This document shows positions 45,860 to 57,168 of a stretch of DNA of 64,000 bases, piece by piece (positions within the stretch are counted from its first letter, which is position 1; every line of letters starts with the position of its first letter). Source of the DNA: an uncultured delta proteobacterium (GTDB lineage: Bacteria > Desulfobacterota > Desulfomonilia > Desulfomonilales > Desulfomonilaceae); the NCBI GenBank assembly GCA_963789265.1, contig CAWBKB010000001.1, forward strand, positions 1,984,001 to 2,048,000, in the 5' to 3' direction. The notes under the pieces are model-generated. The model was not told where the DNA came from and ran no database searches. It saw only the letters and a list, made by a program, of their open reading frames with translations. A program made the position numbers and the translations under genes.

Positions 45860-47149
45860 ATGGGTAGACTTACCTTGCCGCCGGGCTTCCAAGACATGCT
45901 AACCTTCGGACTTGTTGAATCCCTGTTGGACCGGCGCTCCCGACGCTTCTTTATGGGCGCGGAGATACCTGACGGCGTATTTGCTTACAAATCACATCAT
46001 GACATACTGCCCCTCTCTGAACTGGAGAAACTGCTGGTGGTGACCGCATGCGGTGGAAACACCAACTGGCACTACATGATCTATCGCGGCCGGAGGTATG
46101 CCCCGTATCTCTCCAATTATGCTGCCGCCGCTGGAGGTCGCACTTTTCCTTCTTCCGCGGGTTTTCATACGAGCATGACCTTCTTTACCGACGATGAAGG
46201 GGTCTACGTGCTAGATGCCCACGATGCCCCCGCTCTGGCCGAAAGGGATGAGACGGGCTCTCTTGATCTGGAGCGTGTCTTGAGCGCTCTGAGGAATCGA
46301 GTAAAGAAGATTCAAGAAGGGCGGCTAGGCGTACCGCCGGAAGTCCCGTACACGGCCGAGCATAACACATGGGTCGTCAATCACCCTGGAACTCTCCTGG
46401 TGATTCCGGTAGGAGACCTGGCACAGCACGTTCTGCTAAATCTTTGCTACATGTTGCAAAACGGCTTTGTCATCACTGACGACATCAACCGACGTCCTGT
46501 GCCGGGTATCAAACGATTCAGTCATCTTGTAGACCCCAAAAGCACACAGGCTCTCACTTACGTGGAACAATGGTCCCTTGCGGAACTTACGGTAGAACTT
46601 TCCGCCAGTTGCTACGCAGGGAATCTCATTCTCCAGGCTATGGGTCTGGGAGGCTGGATGTTCAACGGAATCGATCCGTTCAGCGTGCTCGGCGCTAGCA
46701 ACGACCCAAGTGTCCCCGGTTTGGGATTCAGGTACGATTTGAACGAACACTGGCCTTATCCCAACCCTACGGGTCTGGAGGGGGTTATGGAAGGCTTCTG
46801 TCCCCCGCACTACGCCAACATGCGGGCGGCAGTGGAGGCAGTCTGTGAGCGCAAATTCGGCCGCGGCGGCCCGTTTCATTCTCAGACCCCGGGTCCCTGG
46901 AAAGACTCCGAGAAAGTGCGGTCATCCGCCCAAGTACACAGCGACGAATTTCGCGAATGCGTCGCTATTCAGGCTCAATATATTTTAGACACGTTCGGGA
47001 AGTTCCCGGGCACCGTGCCGTCGATTCTAGTTATTACTTGCTTGCAAGCTCACCATTTGGATTTGGAGTTTTATGACAAATTTTACGAGCCGGGAGCGTA
47101 CTTGAGAACGCACGCAGCACATATAGCCCGATGGCATTCTCACGATTGA
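45860..47149 (+). CDS. Conserved hypothetical protein, possibly nitroreductase/SagB-like fold
   Basis: AAGGAGG RBS; LLDRRSRRF, GRTFPSSAG and LQAMGLGGW resemble FMN-binding nitroreductase motifs. Confidence 0.65.
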   Translation: MGRLTLPPGFQDMLTFGLVESLLDRRSRRFFMGAEIPDGVFAYKSHHDILPLSELEKLLVVTACGGNTNWHYMIYRGRRYAPYLSNYAAAAGGRTFPSSAGFHTSMTFFTDDEGVYVLDAHDAPALAERDETGSLDLERVLSALRNRVKKIQEGRLGVPPEVPYTAEHNTWVVNHPGTLLVIPVGDLAQHVLLNLCYMLQNGFVITDDINRRPVPGIKRFSHLVDPKSTQALTYVEQWSLAELTVELSASCYAGNLILQAMGLGGWMFNGIDPFSVLGASNDPSVPGLGFRYDLNEHWPYPNPTGLEGVMEGFCPPHYANMRAAVEAVCERKFGRGGPFHSQTPGPWKDSEKVRSSAQVHSDEFRECVAIQAQYILDTFGKFPGTVPSILVITCLQAHHLDLEFYDKFYEPGAYLRTHAAHIARWHSHD

Positions 47150-47243
47150 ACTCAATCGACTCCCACCTGTTGCTTTCAAGACATACTGGTTTTAATCTGG
47201 TCCGAGCGACTGAATAAATTGCTAACCCAGGAAAGGAAATCCA

Positions 47244-47952
47244 ATGACCCCACCGCGAGAGTAAACTTCGCCCCACCTGCGCCGCCTGCCCCAACGAGAC
47301 ATCGAATATGATCTGTATGCACAGCGAAGGCTCAGGCCATAAGGGATGCCCGACTTTAACCCGTAAGGATACCTTGGCTCGAGCAAATCGGGAATATGAA
47401 GATCCTGAAACCCGACTGTTTGCGCACCAGGCTTCAGCCCAGGAGGCGGCGTGTTATGCAAACCGGCACGAACGTCCATACGTATTGCAGCCCACCAAGA
47501 CTCGAATTGTGGAAATATGTGAGTTTGCCGACCGGATGAACTACAAACGTTTGGGCCTTGTCTTCTGTGTTGGTCTCAAGAATGAGGCCGCAATTGTCGA
47601 AAACGTACTGAAAAAAAATGGCTTTGACATCGTGTCCGTCTGTTGTAAGGCGGGAAGAACTTCGAAAGATCTCATCGGAATAGGAGATGACGACAAGGTC
47701 CATCAGGGATCAGACGAGAGCATGTGTAATCCCATTTTTCAGGCAAAATTAGTCAATGAGGAGAAGACTGATTTCAATGTCTTGCTCGGTCTTTGCGTGG
47801 GTCATGATTCACTTTTTTTCAAGCACGCGCAAGCCTACACAACTGTTTTGGCGGTAAAAGATCGTGTGACCGGCCACAATCCTTTGGCTGCGGTTTATCT
47901 GCATGGTTCCTATTACAAAAAGTTGCTCTCGGGACCCGCGAAAACCGATTAG
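47244..47952 (+). CDS. DUF1847-family Cys-rich protein; +1 indel just after the true start
   Basis: CAAC..C..GCP, TRIVEI, GLVFCVGL, SVCCK, MCNPIFQA, GLCVGHDSLF, KDRVTGHNP. ATG 47244 with AAAGGA RBS is one base out of frame. Confidence 0.8.
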
Positions 47953-48526
47953 GGCGACGGTTCACCGCGGAGGGCGCCGAGACCGCAGAGGATTTTGTTT
48001 TGTTCGCATTTCTGTGGGATGTGACATCGCGCATCAAGTTTGTGACAATGACCCTGATGAATTCGGGTTAGAGCAGTGTTGTAGGATGTGCTGAGCGAAG
48101 TGAAGCGCATCTGTGGCGGGTCGGCCGTGGGTGGGAGTAGGCCGGGACGCGAGCGATGCGCTTCCCCCCTGCATTCGCAGGGTTCAGCGCATCCCACGCG
48201 ACTATTCGCTCTTCACAATAACATGGGATACAAGGCCCTGCGCGTAGGTGAATGGATGCCCCGTGAAGGGATTCTCTGTTTGCACATCTAGAGGATTCCA
48301 GTTAAACATTCGGATACATCTTCCAAAATTTGTTCATTGAAATTGTTCTGGTTTTCCTTTGACCGGTAACTTCGGGTAAGCTATTGTGCATCTGCTTCCG
48401 GTGGAACTGGTCCAGTCAAGTCTGACAATGCACAATGGGGTTCGGTGGTTCATGCCGCTTGTTTTCGTCTGATTTTCAGGAACCAAGGCATGGCCACCGC
48501 CCGAAAATCTTTTGGAGGTATAGAAT

Positions 48527-49372
48527 ATGGCAAGAAGAGCAAAAACAGCTAAGACGCAGACGCAGGGCGACCTTGCAGCGGATCAAGCATTCTTGGCAGC
48601 CATAGTGGAGTCTTCAGATGATGCAATTATAGGAAAAAAGCTGGACGGTACGATCCTTAGCTGGAATGCCTCGGCAACCAGCATGTATGGATATTCCGCT
48701 GAGGAAGCAATCGGCCGGTCCATCATGATTGTAGTTCCGTCCGATCGCGAAGACGAAATACCTAACATTCTCTACAAAATCAGCCGCGGGGAAACCGTAG
48801 ACCATTATGAAACCATGAGGATGAACAAGGCCGGTCGGCAATTTCATGTCTCTCTCACTGTTTCTCCAATCCGGGACGAGAGTGGAGAGATAGTGGGCGC
48901 GTCAACGATTGCCCGCGACATCAGTCAGCGGCTTATGGTTGAAGAGGCCTTAGCCAAGCAACGGGTCGCGCAAGCAATTTTGGATATCTCCACTCCGGTG
49001 ATGCAGGTGTGGGAAGGTGTGGTATGTGCACCCCTCATTGGCACTCTTGATAGCCAGCGCACTCAGCAGCTTATGGAGCTCCTTTTGCAGCGTATCGTGG
49101 AGACCGGGGCATCCGTTGCCCTTGTCGATGTCACCGGTGTACCCTCCGTTGACACCCAGACCGCTCGACACCTCATTGAGACCGCAACCGCTGTGAAATT
49201 GTTGGGCGGCCAAGTTATTCTGACCGGAATACGTCCGGTAATTGCACAGACATTGGTTCACTTGGGGGTTGATCTGTCGGAAATCGTTACCCGCTCATCT
49301 TTGGCCACCGGTTTTCGAGCGGCCTTGGAATCTTTGGATCTTGAGATCGTAAATAAAAGAGAATCGCGATAA
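48527..49372 (+). CDS. rsbR: RsbR-like stressosome sensor, PAS/PAC-STAS
   Basis: PAS AIVESSDDAII..SWN..YGYSAEEAIG; STAS STPV..PLIGTLDSQR, DVTGVPSVDT, LTGIRP. Confidence 0.88.
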   Translation: MARRAKTAKTQTQGDLAADQAFLAAIVESSDDAIIGKKLDGTILSWNASATSMYGYSAEEAIGRSIMIVVPSDREDEIPNILYKISRGETVDHYETMRMNKAGRQFHVSLTVSPIRDESGEIVGASTIARDISQRLMVEEALAKQRVAQAILDISTPVMQVWEGVVCAPLIGTLDSQRTQQLMELLLQRIVETGASVALVDVTGVPSVDTQTARHLIETATAVKLLGGQVILTGIRPVIAQTLVHLGVDLSEIVTRSSLATGFRAALESLDLEIVNKRESR

Positions 49373-49409
49373 TCTCGTTAAACCGAACCGGTAGATACGG
49401 AGACCTATA

Positions 49410-49769
49410 ATGGCGGATCAAACGGTTTCGATAATCAAAGTGCGCGACATTCTTATTGCGACAATGCCGGCCGATCCGGACGATGCAACTGTAACATCGC
49501 TCCAGGAACGGATTTTGGAAACTATGGACACAACAAGGGCCAAGGGTCTGGTCCTGGATGTTTCGGGAGTGGAAACGCTGGATTCCTTCTTTGCTCGAAC
49601 GACCATCGAAACGGCTCAAATGATACACCTCATGGGAGGGCGCACGGTTATCGTTGGGATGCGCCCCAGCGTAGCAATAACAGCGACTCAACTGGGTTTG
49701 GCCTTGAAATTAAAGCGCGTAAAGTCCGCGGTTAATGTGGACCGCGCTCTGGATATATTGAGCCAGTGA
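49410..49769 (+). CDS. rsbS: RsbS-like STAS protein
   Basis: LDVSGVETLDSF (phospho-Ser site), VGMRPSVAIT. Confidence 0.85.
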   Translation: MADQTVSIIKVRDILIATMPADPDDATVTSLQERILETMDTTRAKGLVLDVSGVETLDSFFARTTIETAQMIHLMGGRTVIVGMRPSVAITATQLGLALKLKRVKSAVNVDRALDILSQ

Positions 49770-49785
49770 CCCCGGAGGCAGGGCA

Positions 49786-50196
49786 ATGAGCGATGAGAAT
49801 GAAGGACAGATGTCCATTGCTTCCGAAGGCGATCTGGTCACGGCTCGAAAGACCGCCCGAACCTTGGCGACTAATCGCGGGTTTGGTATAACTGACACAA
49901 CGCGTATAGTTACCGCAACTTCTGAACTGGCCCGCAATATTATCACATACGCAGGTTCCGGCCTTATGCTCTGGAAATCACTGGACACCGGGATCAATGT
50001 GGGCATAGAGTTGGTATTTGAGGATCACGGGCGAGGGATAACGGATGTGGAACTGGCGATGCAAGAGGGGTTCTCCACCGGCGACGGATTGGGAATGGGA
50101 TTGCCCGGCTCGAAACGATTGATGGACCAAATGGAAGTTGTTTCCGAAGCGGGCAAAGGAACAACTGTTACCATCAGGAAGTTCAGGAAGAAATAA
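49786..50196 (+). CDS. rsbT: RsbT-like serine kinase
   Basis: SELARNI, DHGRGI, GFSTGDGLGMGLPGSKRLMD, GKGTTV. Confidence 0.88.
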   Translation: MSDENEGQMSIASEGDLVTARKTARTLATNRGFGITDTTRIVTATSELARNIITYAGSGLMLWKSLDTGINVGIELVFEDHGRGITDVELAMQEGFSTGDGLGMGLPGSKRLMDQMEVVSEAGKGTTVTIRKFRKK

Positions 50197-51300
50197 TTGA
50201 AGATCCGGACCGGCCGTCACTTCGCTGCCGGCCGCGGTCTTTCTGAAGGCAATCGTTTGGTACAACTTGAACAGCTAGTCATACATGTCTCCCACGGCAC
50301 TGAGGTGGAAGAGGCTCGGCGAACGGCAAGACAAACAGCAATTGTTGTTGGATTCGATGAAAAAGTAACAGAAGAGATCGTAATTGTCGCAAGTGAACTT
50401 GCATCCAATCTTATAGTGCATGCGCGCGACGGCATGTTGGTGTTCACCAAGATCAGGGAACGTGGCCTCGATGGAGTTCAGATCGAGTCTCATGACATGG
50501 GACCCGGCATTGCGGATGTGAATCAGGCGCTCGGGGACGGATTTTCCAGCGCGGGTGGTTTGGGCTACGGGCTGGGGACAATCAACCGATTTATGGACGA
50601 ATTGGAGATCAATTCGCGGCGGGGACCCGAGGCCGGCACGCACATAATTTGCAAAAGGTGGATCCGCAAACGCGGAGTGAGCCTCGTGCCCTGCCCGCTC
50701 TCTTTCGGCGCAGCCACGCGCTGTCATCCTATCATGAAGGAGAACGGGGACACTTTCGTCATAGAAAAGCGGGATCGGTGCGCTCTCATCGGGGTAATAG
50801 ATGGGCTCGGGCATGGCCAGTTCGCTCATCGAGCCGCGCAGGCAGCGAGCCAGTATGTGGAAAGCCATTTCGAGGAATCTGTTGCATCCATTTTTCGCGG
50901 TGCGGGGAGAGCATGCCGTGGCACTAGAGGGGTAGTCATGGCCCTTGCCAGGTTCGACTGGGAATTGGATACCAAGAGCGCACGAGTCAGCACTCGCGTG
51001 AGTTTCGCCAGTGTCGGGAACATTGAAACGCGAGTGTTCGGAAGCCTTCTGCCCGTGCATTTCGCGGTCAATCGCGGCATTGTCGGGGTCAACGCCAGGG
51101 AACCCATGGTCACTGAGCACCAGTGGGAACCGAATCTTCTTATGGTCATGCACTCGGACGGTTTGAGTTCTCATTGGCGATGGAACGATTTTCCCCAACT
51201 TGCCGAAGCTCCTGCGAATGTTATCGCCCCGCGACTGCTTGATGCTCTCGCTAAGGACAATGATGATGCCACGGTGGTAGTAGTGAAACGCGCGGAATGA
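50197..51300 (+). CDS. RsbT-like HATPase fused to a PP2C/SpoIIE (RsbX-like) phosphatase
   Basis: SELASNL, DMGPGI, GLGYGLG; then NGD, DGLGHG, SDGL, DDATVVV. Start may be GTG 50278. Confidence 0.85.
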   Translation: MKIRTGRHFAAGRGLSEGNRLVQLEQLVIHVSHGTEVEEARRTARQTAIVVGFDEKVTEEIVIVASELASNLIVHARDGMLVFTKIRERGLDGVQIESHDMGPGIADVNQALGDGFSSAGGLGYGLGTINRFMDELEINSRRGPEAGTHIICKRWIRKRGVSLVPCPLSFGAATRCHPIMKENGDTFVIEKRDRCALIGVIDGLGHGQFAHRAAQAASQYVESHFEESVASIFRGAGRACRGTRGVVMALARFDWELDTKSARVSTRVSFASVGNIETRVFGSLLPVHFAVNRGIVGVNAREPMVTEHQWEPNLLMVMHSDGLSSHWRWNDFPQLAEAPANVIAPRLLDALAKDNDDATVVVVKRAE

Positions 51301-51361
51301 ACTGCAAGACAGGTACCCGCGTGACTCACCTCGTGCGTAGTCCGGCAATCAGTGAAAGATT

Positions 51362-52649
51362 ATGAAAAAAGACGTGCAAACGCTAAGGGATCGACATCAA
51401 GACACCGTCCGGGAGCTTGACCAAGCACGTGAAGTCATTAGATGGCTGGAAGAGGAACTCGCAGAAACGAACCGTGGTTTAATTTCTCTGACCATAGAAT
51501 TGGAAAAGGCGAATGAACGGCTAAGAGAGGAGATTGAGGAGCACAAAGAAGCGGAAGAAGCTCTGAGTAAGAGGAACAGAGACATCGAAGCCATATTGAA
51601 CAGTACGACCGACTCGGCCTTCCTGCTCTCCATTGAAGGGCGCTTCATCGCTCTGAATGACGCAACTGCTCAGCGATTTGGGAAAGACGTAGACGAAATG
51701 ATAGGAAAGCCGTTTTCCGCTTTTCTGCCATCTGAGGCGGCCGCATACCGGACGGCACGTCTTAACGATGTCATTAAGGTTCGGAGACCCGTCCGATTCG
51801 AAGATGTGAGAAATGGAAGGACTTACGATTCGACCTTTTACCCTATCCTCGGGCCTGACGGTGTCGTTGAGGGCATCGCGGCCTTTGTGAGCGACGTGAC
51901 AGACCGCATGCGGCTCCGGTCGGAGCGGGAGTGTTTGATTGACGAGCTTGAAGTCAAGAAACGCCGAACTGGAAAGATTCATCTATTCCGTCTCTCATGA
52001 TCTCAGAAGCCCGCTTATTACCATAAAGACTTTTTTAGGATTCGTCAGAGATGGGATGGCCAAGGGAACTGCTGACAGCCTGGAATCAGACATGTCTCGC
52101 ATCGATAAAGCTGCGGACAAGATGGGAGAACTCTTGGACGAGATTCTGGAGTTGTCGCGAATCGGACGTTTGTCGAATCCACCATCCAGCGTGCCGGCGG
52201 AAGAACTGGTGAAGGAGGCCCTGGAACTCCTGGGTGGAGCGATAGCCCAAAGCGGTGCGGAAGTGCAGATGGCCTCGGACCTTCCGTTTCTGTATGGTGA
52301 CCGTACACGCCTGGTAGAGATGTTTCAAAACCTGATACACAATGCTGTTAAGTTTAGAGGCGACCAACCTCATCCCAAAGTGGAGATAGGATGCAGGAAA
52401 CAAGATGACGAACTAGTCTTTTATGTACGTGACAACGGAATAGGAATAGATGCACGGTACCATGAAAAGATATTCGGCCTCTTTGACCAACTTAATCCAA
52501 CAGAAGAAGGAACCGGAATTGGTCTAGCCTTGGTCAAGCGAATCATCGAGGTGCACGGCGGACGAATTTGGGTCGAGTCCGAAGGCGCGGGACATGGTTC
52601 CACTTTTTGTTTCGCGTTGCCCGGCAGCACTCTTGGCAAGGAGTCATGA
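51362..52649 (+). CDS. Coiled-coil/PAS histidine kinase, split by a +1 frameshift near 51960
   Basis: ELAETNRGL coiled coil, PAS, SHDLRSPL H-box, NLIHNAVKF, DNGIGI, GTGIGL, HGGRIWVES. Confidence 0.88.
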
Positions 52650-53800
52650 CATCAGTGCGCATTGTTGTTGCCCCGGACTCGTACAAAGGTAGCGTATCCG
52701 CCCCGCGCGTTGCCGATGCAATCAGAAAAGGCATTTTGCGGGTCTTCCCGGACGCCGAGGTAGCGGTGGTACCCATTGCCGACGGGGGTGAGGGGACCGT
52801 GGAAGCGCTCGTCGCAGCTACCGGCGGACAGGTGCTTCACGAATCGGTGACTGGTCCTCTCGGAAAGCCGGTAAACGCTCACTGGGGAATACTGGGTGAC
52901 GGGAAAACTGCGGTTATAGAAATGGCGTCGGCATCGGGATTGTCCCTGGTCCCTCAAGACAAGCGCGATCCGCGAATTGCTACGTCCCGTGGGACGGGAC
53001 AGTTGATGAAAGCGGCACTTGATCGCGGGCTACGCAAAATGATCATTGGCATCGGTGGCAGCGCGACCAATGATGCAGGTTCGGGGATGGCGCGGGCACT
53101 GGGAGTCAAGTTTCTCGACGCAAACGGGGAGGAGCTTCCACCAGGAGGGGCGCCGCTGGCTCAACTGGCCGAAATAGATATCAGTGAGATTGATATTCGA
53201 CTACAGCACACGGAGATTATCGTCGCTTGCGACGTCGATAATCCTCTGTGCGGCGCTAGTGGCGCTTCAGCGGTTTACGGGCCTCAAAAAGGTGCCACCC
53301 CGGAAATTGTAACCGAACTGGATGCAGCACTTAAGAATTTTGCTGAATTGGCCCGAAAAGTCACCGGCAGAGACGCGGCCGAGAACCCCGGTGCCGGAGC
53401 TGCCGGCGGACTTGGAGCGGGGCTGATGTTTTTCACCAATGCGGTCTTGCGCCCCGGGATAGATGTAGTCATCGAGGCGACAGGGCTGGATTCGCTCACG
53501 AAAAACGCAGATCTTGTCATCACCGGCGAGGGCTGCACAGATTTTCAGACAGTGTTCGGCAAGGCACCATTGGGGGTAGCCCGCCTTGCGAAACAGAACG
53601 GCAAGCCGGTCATCTGTTTGTCGGGAAGCTTAGGACCAGGCGCCGAAAATGTATTGCAACACGGTATTGATGCGCTCATGTCCGTGGTGCCTCGCCCTAT
53701 GAGTGTGGATGAATGCATGCAATCCGGAGCATCCCTGGTTGAGAGCGCTTCCGAGCGCCTGGGGCGGTTCTTGAAGATTGGCAAGTTACTCCCGGAGTAG
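52646..53800 (+). CDS. glxK: Glycerate kinase (GarK/GlxK family)
   Basis: APDSYKGS, ADGGEGT, GGSATND, GAAGG, TGEG, GKAP. ATGA overlap with the histidine kinase stop. Confidence 0.92.
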   Translation: MTSVRIVVAPDSYKGSVSAPRVADAIRKGILRVFPDAEVAVVPIADGGEGTVEALVAATGGQVLHESVTGPLGKPVNAHWGILGDGKTAVIEMASASGLSLVPQDKRDPRIATSRGTGQLMKAALDRGLRKMIIGIGGSATNDAGSGMARALGVKFLDANGEELPPGGAPLAQLAEIDISEIDIRLQHTEIIVACDVDNPLCGASGASAVYGPQKGATPEIVTELDAALKNFAELARKVTGRDAAENPGAGAAGGLGAGLMFFTNAVLRPGIDVVIEATGLDSLTKNADLVITGEGCTDFQTVFGKAPLGVARLAKQNGKPVICLSGSLGPGAENVLQHGIDALMSVVPRPMSVDECMQSGASLVESASERLGRFLKIGKLLPE

Positions 53801-53810
53801 GAGAGAAATA

Positions 53811-54383
53811 ATGGAGCCTCAGGAAATTAGAGAAGAAGTGAAGGAAAGACTTGAGCACACGAGAGAAGCATGGATCAATTATTTGGCGCTGACCACTGTG
53901 GTCCTGGCTGTATGTGCTACCCTGGCCAGCTTTCAGTTGGAGCATTATTCCGTTGAATCGGTGCTCGAACAGGGGTTGGCGTCTGACCAGTGGGCTTATT
54001 ACCAGTCCAAAGGCGTTAAGAGATATCTGTACGGATTACAACAAGACAAGCTGGAATTAGAGCTGAACACGATTGAGAAGAACATCACTCCCGAACTTAA
54101 GGATCGATATGAAAAAGCTATTACATCCTATGGGAGCAAGGCGAAGACTTATGACAAACAAAAAGTCGAGATCATGAAGCAAGCCAAGGAGCACGAAAGA
54201 CAGAGGGATGAAGCTCAGGAACGTCGCGAGACTTTCGGACATGCCATCATTTTTCTGCAAATGGGCATCCTGCTCTGTTCCATGGCAGCACTCATAAGAA
54301 GGAAGTATATGTGGGTTATTGGATCCCTTATAGGGGCGGTTGGCATCGTCTATTTCGCCAATGGTTTTCTGCATTTCATGTAA
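53811..54383 (+). CDS. DUF4337-family membrane protein
   Basis: ALTTVVLAVCAT, ASDQWAYYQSKGVK, C-terminal TM pair. Confidence 0.8.
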   Translation: MEPQEIREEVKERLEHTREAWINYLALTTVVLAVCATLASFQLEHYSVESVLEQGLASDQWAYYQSKGVKRYLYGLQQDKLELELNTIEKNITPELKDRYEKAITSYGSKAKTYDKQKVEIMKQAKEHERQRDEAQERRETFGHAIIFLQMGILLCSMAALIRRKYMWVIGSLIGAVGIVYFANGFLHFM

Positions 54384-54501
54384 CCGAAAAACGGCATCCC
54401 TCTAGTTCTGATGGGAACATCACGAGTGCAACATGACTCCTGATTCAAACCAGAGGGATCGGAAGCAGCCAGCAAACTGACGTAAGAGTAGAGTAATAGA
54501 A

Positions 54502-55753
54502 ATGAGTCCTCCAGCGGCTGTTACCGAAATTTTGAATTCCCGCTGTTGTGTCGTGGGTGGCGGTCCGGCCGGTATGATGCTGGGATTTCTCCTCGCTCGT
54601 GCCGGAGTAGAAGTTTCTTGTGCTCGAAAAGCATTCCGACTTCCTCCGAGATTTCCGCGGGGATACGATTCATCCGTCCACTCTTGAAATCATGCACGAA
54701 CTGGGAATTCTTGATGATTTCTTGAAACTCCCTCATCAAGAACTGCGGCAGCTTGGAGTCCGGATTGGCGACGAGGCCATAATTACGCATGATTTCACGC
54801 ACCTGCCCACTCACTGTAAGTTCCTTGCGTTCATGCCTCAGTGGGACTTCTTGAATTTTCTCGTCAGACAGGCCCGACGCTATCCCACGTTTCATCTCAG
54901 AATGGAGGCGAAGGTCACAGAACTGGTGAAGGTTGGGGGCCTCATGGCTGGAGTGCTTGCTGAGACACCGGCGGGCCGACTCGAAGTCCGCAGCGACCTC
55001 GTTATTGGAGCAGACGGCCGACATTCGGCGGTGCGTGAAAGGGCAGGCCTGGAAATCATGGAACTCGGAGCACCTATCGATGTTCTCTGGCTGCGATTGT
55101 CCAGACGTCAAAACGATCCAGAGCTAGGTGTGGGCACATTTGACTACGGCAAGATACTTATCATGATCGACCGTGGTGACTACTTTCAGTGCGGTTTCAT
55201 CATCCGTAAAGGCGCTTTCGACGAAATTCAACAGCGAGGGCTGGCCACATTCCGCGACGAAATTGCCACGTTAGTACCGTTCATGAAAGATCGGGTCGGC
55301 GAGATCCATGACTGGAGTGACATTCATGTTTTGACCGTCAGAGTCGATCGGCTGCGTCAGTGGTCTCGCCCGGGGCTCCTGTGCATTGGTGATGCAGCTC
55401 ATGCCATGTCCCCGGTAGGTGGAGTCGGAATCAACCTTGCCATCCAGGATGCTGTTGCAACAGCAAATATACTGGCAAAGCCGCTACAACAGTCCACTAT
55501 TGGGACGGAGCACCTCGAGGCCGTGCAGCGACGCCGCGAACTGCCTACCCGCATTGTCCAACGGCTCCAAGTCTTAACCCAGGAGCGACTCATTCGACCG
55601 GTCCTGGAGAGCCATGAACACTTTGCTCCACCTTGGGGCGTAAGGCTATTAGACAGATGGCCGATTTTGCGCAGGATCCCTGCTCGACTGGTTGGGATCG
55701 GATTTCGCCCCGAACACGTCCGAACACCTGATGTGGGCAATGCCGAGCACTGA
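54502..55753 (+). CDS. FAD-dependent monooxygenase-family oxidoreductase; +1 frameshift near 54615
   Basis: VGGGPAGMMLG, DFLRDFRGDTIHP, GADGRHS, IGDAAHAMSPVGGVGINLAIQDA. Confidence 0.88.
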
Positions 55754-55867
55754 TGCAGAAACTGGCAACTCATATCAACTCCCAAAGCTAGAAAGCTACG
55801 GGAGTTGGTGCCATTCACCTGAGGAGCAAATCACGTCTTCTCCAGTAAGCGCAAGCAAACGCGTCGG

Positions 55868-57028
55868 CTACGTGCCGCCAGTATGAAAGCGTTTGTGCAA
55901 CAATTTCTCGTCCAGTGGAACTTCCTTGAGTTTGTTCACGATTCGAGGCGAAGCGCTGCCGTCGCCGTACGGATTGATCAGGTCGGCAAGACCAGCTCTA
56001 AACTCCCCGGAGATCGCCTGTTTGATGGCTTGCACGATCTCGTCTCTACTGTAGCCCGCGTTTATCACATTCTTCCCGTGTAAACGTCCAGCCTGCCGAT
56101 TGCCGATATTCACGACGGGGAGTTTGAAAGAAGCAGCTTCAAGAATCCCGGAGGAAGAATTGCCGACCATGGCCGTTACTTGGTTCATAAGGCTGAAATA
56201 GATTTCTGTCCCCAGATTCACTACTACCTGACTGCGCTCCTTGTGCCGACCGGCAAACTCATGAATCATTCTGATGATGATATGGTTTTGTGTGTCCGAG
56301 TTCGGATAAGTGAATATGACTTCGCAATCCATCCGTTCCAGTGCCGCCAGAAGCTCACTCATCTGCGTTTCTGTATGCTGGAACTCAAGAGTTACCGGGT
56401 GATACGTTACAATAAGCGTGCAATCGTGGAGGCTTAGTCCGTGCCGTTCGTTCAGCTCATGGGGGCTTAATAAACGGATCTCAGACAGGTTATCTAGGCT
56501 GGGAGCCCCGCTTACAACCACTCGCCACGGTTCTTCTCCCATCTGAATGATTCTCCGGGCGTAGGTATCGGTGGACGCAAAGTGCAAGTGACTCATTTTC
56601 GTTATTGCATGGCGGATCGACTCGTCTATAGCGCCTTCGGTGGACTCACCGCCATGAATATGGGCCACGGGAATGTTGAAAGTCAGTGATGCTGCAACGG
56701 CTGCCAGCATTTCCAAACGATCCCCCAAGACCAGGAGAACATCAGGACGAAACTGAGAGTAGGACTGAGCGAATCCGATTATCCCAAGGCCCAAAGATTT
56801 TGCAAGGCTTTCGGAAGTGTCGGACATGAGCAGCATCTCAACGCGATCGCCGATTTCGAATCCATCTGCTTCTATCGTCTTAACGGTACAGCCGAATTGA
56901 GGGGCAAGATGCATGCCGGTCACGATGAGATGCAGCCTAAGGCCCGAATCCTGTTGTATGCGCCGAAGTATGGGCCGATAGATGCCGTAGTCGGACCGGG
57001 CGCCCGTGACCACGCCTATGGTCCGCAT
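55868..57028 (-). CDS. neuC: Hydrolysing NDP-N-acetylhexosamine 2-epimerase (NeuC/LegG)
   Basis: TGARSDYG, LGDR.E, HIHGGE, DESIRHAITKMSH, GNSSSG, GNRQ.GR, NPYGDG. Confidence 0.92.
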   Translation of the reverse strand: MRTIGVVTGARSDYGIYRPILRRIQQDSGLRLHLIVTGMHLAPQFGCTVKTIEADGFEIGDRVEMLLMSDTSESLAKSLGLGIIGFAQSYSQFRPDVLLVLGDRLEMLAAVAASLTFNIPVAHIHGGESTEGAIDESIRHAITKMSHLHFASTDTYARRIIQMGEEPWRVVVSGAPSLDNLSEIRLLSPHELNERHGLSLHDCTLIVTYHPVTLEFQHTETQMSELLAALERMDCEVIFTYPNSDTQNHIIIRMIHEFAGRHKERSQVVVNLGTEIYFSLMNQVTAMVGNSSSGILEAASFKLPVVNIGNRQAGRLHGKNVINAGYSRDEIVQAIKQAISGEFRAGLADLINPYGDGSASPRIVNKLKEVPLDEKLLHKRFHTGGT

Positions 57029-57168
57029 CTTCTAAGCCCCCGCGAGTCAGGCAAGTAGTATGGGTTCATGATTAGTTTGTCAGGTCGGCTTTTGGAAATA
57101 GTTTACCGCTGAGAACGCGGAAGTCGTGGAGAAGTCTGGTTCGCTATTGATTTAACCGCGTACCGGTC

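Noticed and set aside
50275..51348. 357-aa antisense ORF and many other overlapping ORFs (e.g. 4910-5605, 12647-13222, 33921-34475, 43125-43721, 59353-59910)
   Set aside because: Shadow frames of well-supported genes, with no recognisable motifs.
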